A stretch of DNA of 64,000 nucleotides. Source: Macrostomum hystrix. Its lineage: Eukaryota > Animalia > Platyhelminthes. Within the stretch, counting starts at the first letter, position 1. Every line of letters starts with the position of its first letter. The notes under the pieces are model-generated. The model worked only from the letters and a program-made list of their open reading frames with translations, ran no database searches and was not told the origin of the DNA. The DNA is taken from positions 24,614,001 to 24,678,000 of the forward strand of contig CATNEN010000038.1 of NCBI GenBank assembly GCA_950097015.1, in the 5' to 3' direction. Made by a program: the position numbers and the translations under genes. Shown one piece after another: positions 11,401 to 21,547 of the stretch.

Positions 11401-14400
11401 AGAAATAAACTTTATTAATCATTGTTTTATATTTTATTTTATTAACAAATAAAAATTTGTTAAAAAAATTATAATAAATTAAAATATATATAATTTAATA
11501 AACTTTTTTAATATTATCTTTATTCATTCAAGCAAGTAAATTAAATTATTTACAACTATAATTACTTTCTAGTCAATATATTATGTGATTAATTTTGTTT
11601 TTTAAATGATTAATAAATTTAAATTAAAAAACTATAATTTCCCACAGCTTGCCTACATCATGTTCATCTCCTTGTACTCGTACACGCTGCTATTCCGTTT
11701 CGGCGATGAAAGCTCGTTTCTACATCCGTTGGTTTTCGCTTGGCTCTGCTGCGCCATGCTGGAAGATCTTAGACAGGCCATGCTGCAGCACCAGTCGTTG
11801 TCCAGCTATCTATCCAGCATGTGGCATGTCATAGATGTCACGTCCGTCGTGATATTCTCTGTTGGATCAATCATGTTCATCATACACTACTACGAGCCTA
11901 CAGTGCGCTCACTGTTCGGAGTTCAGTCTGACGCGGAATTAGTCATCGTAGAAACCAATTTGCGCAGATTCTGTCGAGTCTGCTTTGCAATTGTCCTGTT
12001 CCTGTTGATTTTCCGAACTCTGCGAATCTTATCTATTCACATCAGTCTGGGACCAATTCTGCTTATGGTGCAGCAGATGGTGAGTAGGGATCTAGGATCT
12101 GGGATCTAGGATCTGGGATCTAGGATCTGGGATCTAGGATCTGGGATCTAGGATCTGGGATCTAGGATCTGGGATCTAGGATCTGGGATCTAGGATCTGG
12201 GATCTAGGATCTGGGATCTAGGATCTGGGATCTAGGATCTGGGATCTAGGATCTGGGATCTAGGATCTGGGATCTAGGATCTGGGATCTAGGATCTAGGA
12301 TCTAGGATCTGGGATCTAGGATCTGGGATCTAGGATCTGGGATCTAGGATCTGGGATCTAGGATCTGGGATCTAGGATCTGGGATCTAGGATCTGGGATC
12401 TAGGATCTGGGATCTAGGATCTGGGATCTAGGATCTGGGATCTAGGATCTAGGATCTCTTGAACGCATCCCTTCAGATTATCAAGGACCTGCTGCCGTTT
12501 CTTCTAATCCTGCTAATCATTACATTCGGCTACGGCATCGCCATGTGGAGCGTTCTGTTTCCTCAGACTGATCCGGACACTCCTTCTGCCGTGAATTCCG
12601 TGTTTCAGTTGCTTCGTGTCTCCTATTTCCAAGTTTTTGGCGAACTAAACCTAAACCTACTCTCTGGTGAATGTGAGTTAGCTGTTTCCTGATGAAATAG
12701 TTTGGCCAAATTTAATGCATTGCCTAATAGTGCAGCCGCAGCTTTCGCGCGGAGCTTCCAAAGGCTGTTGTGTACAGTCTGTGGACTGGAAAGTCCTCCC
12801 CACAAACCCCAATTTCTTATCTAGCTGATAAAGTTTACCATTTCACAGCTGAGTGAACTGAAGCAGTTCGGAATTTAGTGTGTTGCCCAGGGGCACAAGT
12901 CTCAAAAATCGAAAATTCAGGGCCCTAATCTCATCCCCCCTGTCTCATCTCTCCCCTGTCTCATCTCTCCCATGTCTCATCCCCCCTGTCTCATCTCTCC
13001 CCTGTCTCATCTCTCCCATGTCTCATCTCTCCCTGTTTCATCTCTCCCCTATCTCCTCTCTCCCCTGTCTCCTCTCTCCCCTGTTTCATCTCTCCCATGT
13101 CTCATCCCCCCTGTCTCATCTCTCCCATGTCTCATCTCTCCCTGTTTCATCTCTCCCCTATCTCCTCTCTCCCCTGTCTCCTCTCTCCCCTGTTTCATCT
13201 CTCCGCTGTTTCATCTCTCCTCTGTTTCATCTCTCCCCTGTCTCATCCCCCTGTCTCATCTTTCTCTGTCTTATCACTCCCCTGTCTTATCACTCCCCTG
13301 CCTCATCTCTCTCCTGTCTCATCTCTCCCCTGTCTCATATCTCCCCTGTCTCATCTCTTCCCTGTCTCATCTCTTAAACCAACTGCCGACCCCTGGTCAA
13401 GCGACTGGGTTATAAACCCCGTTATTGACAGTCTTCTCTTACCGTTAAGAGATTTAATAAATTTATCATACGCGTAATACACTACTTGTGTTCGAGAAGT
13501 AGCATGGTAAATAAAAAAATTAAAAACTGAACAAAACATATTGAAAATCGAGTACTGTATTTTGTTACACCCTACAACAGCCGACGCCTGTCTAGCGGCC
13601 AACTCAACCGCCTGCCCAGATCCGTGGGGTGCCTGGGTGGCCCCAGCAATGCTCGGCGTCCACCTCATGCTGTCCAGCTGTCTACTAATGAATATACTCA
13701 TTGCCATGTTCTCGTAAGTTGATTTAATTTATAAAAAATATATCATCGGTCAATAATGTTCGCCTCTCTGAAAACATTGGTGCCTTACTCAGGAGTACAT
13801 TTGAGTTGATTCGAGGCTCCAGCTGGCAGCATTGGAGCCTGCTGCGTTATCGCGTAATGAAAGAATACTCAGGCTACAGCCCCATAGCACCACCGCTGAT
13901 TATCGTCTGGCATTTGATTCTGGCTGCTAGACAGCTGCTGCTGAGGTGCACGAATCCTCGGAGACTCAGCCAACGAGCTGACAACGATCCGTTCAGTGAG
14001 AGCTCAACTTTTGTTGTCGAAAGAAGTTTTGTTACTTTGCTAGCGAAAAATATTGTTTAAATAAAGCTGTCCGGAATGCTTTTTTGGTATCCAGTGACGC
14101 TTTTGGAACTGAAAGCAGAGCTTGTTTAATTTCTGGAAAGTCTATAGACCTTCTGAAAAGACTATAGATCAAGACTATAGATCTTCTGAAAAGCCTATAG
14201 ATCTTCTGAAAAGACTATAGACCTTCTGAAAAGACTATAGATCAAGACTATAGACCTACTGTAAAGACTATAGATCTTGTGAAAAGTCTATAGATCTTGT
14301 GAAAAGTCTATAGATCTTGTGAAAAGTCTATAGATCTTGTGAAAAGTCTATAGATCTTGTGAAAAGTCTATAGATCTTGTGAAAAGTCAAGTGGATAAAT

Positions 14401-16521
14401 CGATTTAGGAAGTCACTAGATCTACTAAGAAAGTTTATAGATATATTTAGTAAGTAGGAATAAAATTTAGTTAGTATACAGATAGCTAGATAAATACTGA
14501 TTCTGACAAATCAGATCTCGAAGTGACAAATCAGATCCTTGAGTGAAAAATCTGATCTCTGAGTGACAAATCAAATCCTGGAGTGAAAAATCAGATCCCT
14601 GAGTGACAAATCAGATCCCTGAGTGACAAATCAGATCCCTGAGTGACAAATCAGATCCCTGAGTGACAAATCAAATCCTGGAGTGAAAAATCAGATCCCT
14701 GAGTGACAAATCAGATCCTTGAGTGACAAATCAGATCCTGGAGTGAAAAATCAGATCCTGGAGTGAAAAATCAGATCCTGGAGTGACAAATCAGATCCTG
14801 GAGTGACAAATCAGATCCTGGAGTGACAAATCAGATCCTGGAGTGACACATTAGATCCTGGAGTGAAAAATCAGTTCCTTGAGTGAAAAATCTGATCCCT
14901 GAATGACAAATCAGATCCCTGAGTGACAAATCAAATCCTGGAGTGAAAAATCTGATCCCTGAGTGAAAAATCAGATCCTTGAGTGACAAATTAGATCCTG
15001 GAGTGAAAAATCAGATCCTGGAGTGACAAATCAGATCCTGGAGTGACAAATCAGATCCTGGAGTGACAAATCAGATCCTGGAGTGAAAAATCAGTTCCTT
15101 GAGTGAAAAATCTGATCCCTGAATGTAAAATCAGATCCCTGAGTGACAAATCAAATCCTGGAGTGAAAAATCTGATCCCTGAGTGACAAATCAGATCCTT
15201 GAGTGACAAATTAGATCCTGGAGTGAAAAATCAGATCCTGGAGTGACAAATCAGATCCTGGAGTGACAAATCAGATCCGTGAGTGACGAATCAGATCCCG
15301 GAGTGAAAAATCAGATCCCGAAGCGATAATTAAGATCGAACAGACCAACAGTCGCATTCCTCACTGCCGCCAAGCAGGGATCAGCTACGCGGATGGCAGC
15401 CAGAAGGAGCGTCAGCTGATTCAGTGGGAGCGAATTCGAGCCATGAAATTCCTGCGAGAAACGAAAGACTCCCTGCCAATTCAGGGTGGTCACGCAGAGC
15501 AGGCCGCCAAGCCGACGGTGCTGCGTGCCGCCGGAGTCAACAAGGAGCTCAAGTCGGTGCGAATCCAACTGGAGGAGTCATTCAAGGAGGCTATTCGCGA
15601 GTTCGACCTTCGTGTGCGACGATTGGACGCCATGGAGGCTCAGCTGGGCCAGCTGGGAGACCTGATGAAGTTTATGGAGGACCAGCTGGTGCAGAGGCAC
15701 GAGCAGGTGAGAGACAGCACTCCTGATGTGAGAATCTGAGAATCACTCCCCTATTAGAGAATCACTCCACTATTAGAGAATCACTCCCCTATTAGAGAAT
15801 CACTCCCTTATTACAGAATCACTCCCTGATTAGAGAATCACTCCCCTATGTGAGAATCACTCCCCTATTAGAGAATCACTCCCCTATTAGAGAATCACTC
15901 CCCTAAGTGAGAATCACTCCCCGATTAGAGAATCACTCCCCGATTAGAGAATCACTCCCCGATTAGAGAATCACTCCCCGATTAGAGAATCACTCCCTGA
16001 TTAGAGAATCACTCCCCTATGTGAGAATCACTCCCCTATTAGAGAATCACTCCCCTATTAGAGAATCACTCCCCTAAGTGAGAATCACTCCCCTATTAGA
16101 GAATCACTCCCCGATTAGAGAATCACTCCCCGATTAGAGAATCACTCCCCGATTAGAGAATCACTCCCCTAAGTGAGAATCACTCCCCTATTAGAGAATC
16201 ACTCCCCGATTAGAGAATCACTCCCCGATTAGAGAATCACTCCCCGATTAGAGAATCACTCCCCGATTAGAGAATCACTCCCCGATTAGAGAATCACTCC
16301 CCGATTAGAGAATCACTCCCCGATTAGAGAATCACTCCCCGATTAGAGAATCACTCCCCGATTAGAGAATCACTCCCCTATTAGAGAATCACTCCCCAAT
16401 TAGAGAATGTGAGAATCCAATCAGTATAGAAGTGTTGCCAACTATAATAAAATCATATTCTGTACTCGAACAGGTCATCTCGAGTTTGATGAAGGAACTT
16501 AAAAATTACGACACTGATTGA
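2415..16521 (+). CDS. Ankyrin-repeat-bearing TRPM/TRPS-like cation channel, 20 exons, about 1423 aa. Exons: 2415-2657, 2935-3141, 3238-3489, 3701-3872, 3946-4109, 4251-4515, 4595-5171, 5841-5997, 6073-6126, 6259-6383, 7488-7733, 8610-8838, 9112-9257, 10513-10612, 11648-12079, 12477-12666 (alt. 12672), 13581-13713, 13793-13995, 15378-15706, 16474-16521
   Basis: All introns are GT-AG and phase-consistent (4272 nt total). TRPM motifs occur in order: FGEVEFPG, WSLRRPSLVLSVHG, GAWIVT, AIGLCSWG, LDPNHSHLLLVD, GTGGLA, ALRENRVAFVRLF, DLFIW, FVSHSCCQELLTIIWRG, FYFSPLVRF, LGPILLMV..I.KDL..F, pore YFQVFGE, S6 LLMNILIAMF, TRP-box region WSLLRY..MKEY..PIAPPL, then a coiled coil. Ankyrin motifs: LMHAAVAAD, LPLHVAC, GRSPLHLAAEFGQVDCL, GRSAVDCA. 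AATAAA at 16551. Confidence 0.9.
3600..3700. repeat. ~11-bp minisatellite (atcccatggaa-like) in TRPM intron 3
   Basis: Units atcccacggat, atcccatggaa and accccatggca run into the acceptor ccccacag. Confidence 0.7.
5268..5825. repeat. ~42-bp minisatellite in TRPM intron 7
   Basis: Unit ctctcttatctttgaggtgtcagcttaacacacccctccctc, about 13 copies. Confidence 0.95.
6170..6245 (-). mobile_element. tRNA-like head of SINE family B in TRPM intron 9
   Basis: The minus strand reads gagtggtagagcagtctaacgcgttggcttctcgcactaaggtgcctgagttcgattc (A-box- and B-box-like) and resembles the heads at 43390 and 54495. Confidence 0.6.
6520..7415. repeat. 19-20-bp purine-rich minisatellite (gaggtgtggggaaggctgag) in TRPM intron 10
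   Basis: Obvious tandem array; degenerate relatives at 2680-2820 in intron 1. Confidence 0.95.
7838..8578. repeat. 31-bp minisatellite (tgtttgagcacagttgatcagttaagtagat) in TRPM intron 11
   Basis: Tandem array of about 24 copies. Confidence 0.95.
8858..9060. mobile_element. Deletion derivative of dispersed repeat family C (non-autonomous DNA-transposon-like)
   Basis: Matches the reverse complement of parts of 29285-29725 and 59650-60010, and the same strand of 34185-34452. Confidence 0.65.
9332..10432. repeat. 24-bp minisatellite (gattcagtgggtgtccacttcata) in TRPM intron 13
   Basis: Tandem array of about 45 copies; explains the repetitive ORFs on both strands. Confidence 0.95.
10845..11125 (-). 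mobile_element. SINE family A copy
   Basis: attgattacacc...cagccgcagct...gcatctgaaggctgcgtacggctgttcagtccatggactggggg...aactgaagcaatgcag...tcgaacccctgacc. A + strand fragment also lies at 10687-10770. Confidence 0.75.
12087..12457. repeat. 14-bp (paired 7-mer) minisatellite ggatctaggatctg filling TRPM intron 15
   Basis: The array occupies almost the whole intron (12080-12476). Confidence 0.95.
12725..12915 (-). mobile_element. Degenerate SINE family A copy
   Basis: gcagccgcagct...aaggctg...tggactgg...cagctgagtgaactgaagca. Confidence 0.55.
12925..13395. repeat. 16-17-bp CT-rich minisatellite (ctcccctgtctcatct) ending at a hAT-like TIR (tgccgacccctg)
   Basis: Tandem array with the same unit family as 27830-27950 and the interior of the MITE at 39256-39626. 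Confidence 0.85.
14135..14390. repeat. 20-bp minisatellite (tagatcttgtgaaaagtcta) in TRPM intron 18
   Basis: Tandem array. Confidence 0.9.
14503..15320. repeat. 20-bp minisatellite (gagtgacaaatcagatcctg) in TRPM intron 18
   Basis: Tandem array of about 40 copies. Confidence 0.95.
15728..16418. repeat. 19-bp minisatellite (gattagagaatcactcccc) in TRPM intron 19
   Basis: Tandem array of about 35 copies. Confidence 0.95.
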
Positions 16522-16756
16522 GAACAGACAATGGACTCATTTTCATAGACAATAAAATTTTTGCCGTGTTCTTCTTTAAACAATATGTGCGTTGACTTTA
16601 CCGGAAGAATTTTAGCTAATTCTATTTTTAACATTCTATGGTAATTAGAGCTTGAGACGATTAAGAGCATCTATCGTATGCAGTCACACTAGCCAAATAC
16701 GAGACGGCAGCCCTGAGCAGATCAACATCGGGGCAGTTACAAGTGCGCAGTTAGAA

Positions 16757-17017
16757 ATGTCTTCTATATCAGATCCAAACGCGCGGTCGTTGAAATCTGA
16801 CCCTCATTCGGCAGCCGTCTACGAGAGCAGCGGTAGCGGCGGCGAAAGCTTCAACATGTATATTATTCTGATTGGAATATTTACTGTACTAAATATTGGT
16901 CTCATAGTAGTTATTGTTGTTTTGATTCGCAACAAAATAAGTCGCCAGCCAACCAGAGAGCTTCAACCGGCGCGTTTTTCTAGGTGCAGCCAGATTCAGC
17001 TGCTGCGATCTCAGTAA
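16757..17017 (+). CDS. Possible small single-pass membrane protein or exon
   Basis: Ser/Gly-rich N-terminus, a hydrophobic helix (YIILIGIFTVLNIGLIVVIVVLI) and a basic stop-transfer segment (RNK). No family recognised. Confidence 0.3.
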   Translation: MSSISDPNARSLKSDPHSAAVYESSGSGGESFNMYIILIGIFTVLNIGLIVVIVVLIRNKISRQPTRELQPARFSRCSQIQLLRSQ

Positions 17018-17202
17018 GTGCTCTGTGGCATCAGCGGATACTTCAATTATGCTAAAATGCTGTCGAACTGCTTTTACTAATTTTAGTCATTGCTATTATT
17101 GTTCGAGTATCTCAAGTGTAAAAATTATTTCTAATAATTGGGTAAATTTTCCCTAATTGGGTGCGTTTGAGTAGCTTAAAATGACTTCAACTAAACTTAA
17201 AA

Positions 17203-18288
17203 TGCAGTTTAAGTTCAGTTTAACGTCTTTAATAAAACAAAAGCTAAACAGACTAAATGCCAAATAAAGTAACGAGATTAAAGGTGAATGATTAAGCAGA
17301 ATGAATAAATAATTATTCTTTACATTCTCGTCTTGAAATTGTGCAGTTTTGATAACAGATTTACATTAGCCGTATGCGCGCAAATTTCACATGCAAACTT
17401 ACGCGTATTCTATCTAGAATGTGTTGTACATCCGCAGTTTTTTCAATTAGATGTTTAAATAGATGCACATATTTGCAAATGTGCGAAAATAAAATTTATA
17501 AAAAGCAGTATATATTTCAGCGATTTGATAAAATTTGATGTAATTTGATAAAAGCCTCTTTAATTAAAAAATGATTGCTTCTGGGATTCGAACCCAGTCC
17601 ACTCGATTGCGCAGAAAGTATCTTATCCATTAGTGGTCTGAATAAAGCTAGAAATTAAAAGAAAAAATGTACGTGGTTAAAAATACTTTTTTAAATGCTA
17701 TAATCTTTGCTCCGATGGAACTTTGATAGCTGTAATGGAAGTCATGCGATGCAAAATTAAAAGACGAATCCAGTGATATAAATATATATTTAAATTACAA
17801 AAAAAATTGAATTTCGATAGAAACATCATATTATCAGTTATTTATACTTTTTCCTTTTTTTCTTTTTACTTATTTCAAAGTGTAAAAAATTTTCACCGTT
17901 ACAACACAAAATAAATTGATTTGCTAAATTTTAGTACAACTACACATTTACATTTCACAGAAACAACGTTCATTGTCTTACTTCGCTTGAATTTTAACTA
18001 TTGGTTTCTGTAACTACTGAAAATTAAGCAAAGCAAGACAATGAGTTCACACTAATTAAATGATAATATTAATAATAAAAAATACGCGAAAGTTTGCATG
18101 TCAAATTTGCGCGAATACAGCTACTGTAAATCTGATATCAAAACTACACAATTATAAAACCAGAATGTAAAGACTAAGTATTCATTCATTTTACTTAATC
18201 ATTCAGCTTGAATTTTTTTCACTTCATTTGATATTTAGTCTGTTTAGATTTTGTTTTATTAAAGAGGTTATGCTGAACTTAAACTGCA
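17203..18288. mobile_element. Foldback/MITE-like element with ~205-bp imperfect terminal inverted repeats
   Basis: 17203-17409 (tgcagtttaagttcag...gcgcaaatttcacatgcaaacttacgcgtatt) is the imperfect reverse complement of 18081-18288. Confidence 0.8.
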
Positions 18289-18587
18289 GTTTTTTTTTTT
18301 ATTATTATTTTTATTATTTTTAAACAGTATATTTTTACTGCAGTAGTAAAATCTCCGCATTACATATAACGTAACCTTGGAACGAAAAAGACGTAATAAA
18401 CACGAGAGCGAAAATATATTTCATATGCAGGAAAGACTTTCTTTGGATTGCCAAACCATTCTTCATTCTGCACTGATCGATGCATTATTATTTTTAACAA
18501 GTGCAGATAACGTATAAGATCTATACTAAGTTTATTACCAGTATTTTCGACTTCTTTTTATTGTGCTTTATTTTTTTATGTTTATAT

Positions 18588-18941
18588 GAGTTTGTACCCT
18601 AGTGGTTATGGCGTCGGACTCACGACTTGAAGGTCGGGGGTTCGATTCCCGACTCCACTGAAACAATTTTTGTCCTTAGCAAGACACTTAACTCTGCATT
18701 GCTTCAGTTTACCAAGCTGTTAAATGGGTACCAGCATCAGCTGGGATAGAAGGTGGGTGTGGCGTCCCCCCAGTCCATGGACTGAACAGCCGTACGCAGC
18801 CTTTAGATGCGCCGCGCATTAGCTGCGGCTGTGCTGTCGGCTGCACATCTGGCCATATTGGGGCAGGTGTAATCAATTATTTTTTTTTATTACGCAACTG
18901 AAACCGTCACACAGGCCCTATAAATAGACTTGACTGAAACC
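18588..18941 (+). mobile_element. Full-length tRNA-derived, CORE-like SINE (family A) with a 50-bp 3' extension
   Basis: A box (tagtggttatgg), B box (ggttcgattccc), body gtccttagcaagacacttaactc...cagctgttaaatggg resembling the CORE domain, and a T/TTA tail. Confidence 0.8.
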
Positions 18942-19205
18942 TAGCTAATTGATAGTTTGATTGCTAGCTGATTGCTAGTTTGATTGCTTGTTGATTGATA
19001 GTTTGATTGCTAGCTGATTGATAGTTTGATTGCTAGCTGATTTATAGTTTGATTGCTAGCTGATTGATAGTTTGATTGCTTGTTGATTGATAGTTTGATT
19101 GCTAGCTGATTGATAGTTTGATTGCTGGTTGATTGATAGTTTGATTGCTAGCTGATTGATAGTTTGATTGCTAGCTGATTGATAGTTTTATTGCTAGCTC
19201 ATTAA
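18942..19205. repeat. 23-bp minisatellite (gatagtttgattgctagctgatt)
   Basis: Tandem array starting directly at the end of the SINE extension. Confidence 0.9.
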
Positions 19206-21547
19206 TGGTTACAAAGGAGACTAAATGATAGTTCGATGGGCTGCTGATTTATCGTCTGAATTGTAAGGTCTTTGCATGATAAATTGATAGCTAGCAAGCT
19301 AATACGTTTGATTGCGTCATCACTAGGTCATCTATGAATATACTTTGCTCACATTTTCAACACAAAGCACATATATGCATGCACTGGTTTTAAGAAGTTT
19401 TGAAATTCGAAAATTGATACTCAGCTCCTATCAAAAAAGATTTTGACATGTGCCATCAAATGACGAGGATATTGAAATCAAAGCCTTAATTTTTTACGAC
19501 TAAAAATGCTAGTTAATCGCGCACAATCTGAAATCTGACACTCATTCTCTGTGTCACTTGAATTGCCAGAAGAGTTTGACACGAAATTTCTAGCTCGAGC
19601 TCAGGCTGTCCAGAGCTATACTTGAAGGTTGATGAATAGGGAAAGTTGGTTTTGTATAAAATTGCGAGATCTACATTCTTATTTTTAATGGCATGGAATT
19701 GAAGATGCACGGGACACTTCGTTTCTTGGAAAAATTATTAAAGGCTCATTTTCACGAAAAATGCACTTGCGAGATTGGAACTTTTCACGTTTTTCACATT
19801 GAAATGTTGATAACTTTTTTATTGGAAGCCAATCAAATGCAGTTTTTTAAACATAACTTGCGAAAACATGTTGCTTTAACGAATTTTAGAAAGCTTCATT
19901 CATGAATAATTGGTCTCGTGACTAACTGTATAATCAAGTATAAGTGCATTTACGAGAATTTTGTAGAATTATTTTATTTACAAATCGGTAGTCAAGCTGT
20001 AGGCTAATTTTATGTCTTATTGGTTGCTATTGTGATTCGTGATAAATAAACATAGACAAATTCAGCTTGCCAATATTCCATCACAGACCTTGAGCGTCTG
20101 AATGTCAGAGGACGCACCAATGCACGAGGATAGTGCTATAGACGTTTTCTTAAGCTAAACTTTCAGAGACTGGGGAAGCACGGGTTTGTGTGGAGGCCAT
20201 GCCCCCCACAGACTACTAAACTACCACAGACTATTTTTTAAACGAGCAAATCCTGCTCTTGGATTAATTTAATTATAAAAAACTACAAGCTGGACGATAA
20301 AGTGCACAGTCCACTCGCGCTAAATAAGTATTCATTGATTGGTAAAACAACGCCACGATGATGGGCTTACGAGCATAAAGAAACTCGCGATTCTGAAAAG
20401 TGCAAATCTCGCAAATTTTGTGTACGTAAATATTAAAAAATTTAGTGTTGTTTTTCGACCTCCCAGTTCTGTGTCTCCCAGGACCCTACTTGTAGATGGC
20501 GGCACTGATAATGCGACACTGCCTGACACGGTAAGCCGCTGCGGTTAATTATTGATGAAGAAGCAGCGAGAGGACCTATCATGAAGTGTAGAACAGGAAA
20601 TTACATTAAAATAGCATTAAGGCTGGCTGCGGTTTACACAGCACTTCAGAGAGAAGTCACGTTTAATTGGTTGAGGCATATAGCTCAATCGATCAATCTT
20701 CTAATATCGAAAATTCGGCAGCTTGCAAGGACCATGCACCCCATGCATGAGAGTTAAGAATCGCTGGTTTTTGTCAAGGCATCGCGATGCGGCAACACGT
20801 GTGTTGATGCAAGAAAAAATAGTATTAATCTTCTTTTTAAGTGTAACAAACATAATCAGTACATCTAGAGCACAACACAAATTTTCTTTTTGACGCGTCG
20901 TTTAAAAAGCGTCTGTCAAAAAATAAATCTGCTCGAAGCTTGAAGTGAAATCGCTGCCTAATCCACGTTGAAATCCAAATAAAAATAGACCAAAAAAGGA
21001 AACTTGGAAGAGATGAAATAAAAATAAGTATCTATTTCCTCAGCTATTATCAACAGATGCACGCGAGCTATAGCTAGACTTCTAACTAAAAATAGTTTAC
21101 GCTGCAACAAGGCTGTAAATAATATCCCCAATTAGTTTCACTGGGGTTGGCGTCGCTATTCATATCCTGTTCGTCTGATTCAACTAAAAGTACAACACAT
21201 AGTTAGGCACAGCTCTGCGTGGTGTTTTGTCGAATTCGGTACTTTTTGCTTAATTTATGCAACGAAATCTTTTTAACCGTCTGGGTGGTAATATCCAATC
21301 AGCAAGCACCTGGGCACGTTTAGGTTTGTTGGTCGGTCGAATTCTTCAAGGAGAAAAGTTGACTTTTCTATTCATTTTAGCTTCTCGTTTGTAGCTCCAC
21401 CTGTCATTGGCTAGTTGCAAAAAAACATCGACCCCAATGCGATGCGAATCACTAACCAGTACATAAGACAGTGCTGAGCAGACAACATAAGGCTGGAGAA
21501 AACAGGGGCAACCACGCAAAAAATTACCCTGAAAAAACTACCCTACA

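Noticed and set aside
18588-18665. tRNA gene candidates (also 28315-28392, 6170-6245, 17580-17635)
   Set aside because: A/B boxes are present but there is no complete cloverleaf, and they continue into repeat bodies. They are SINE heads or element-internal motifs.
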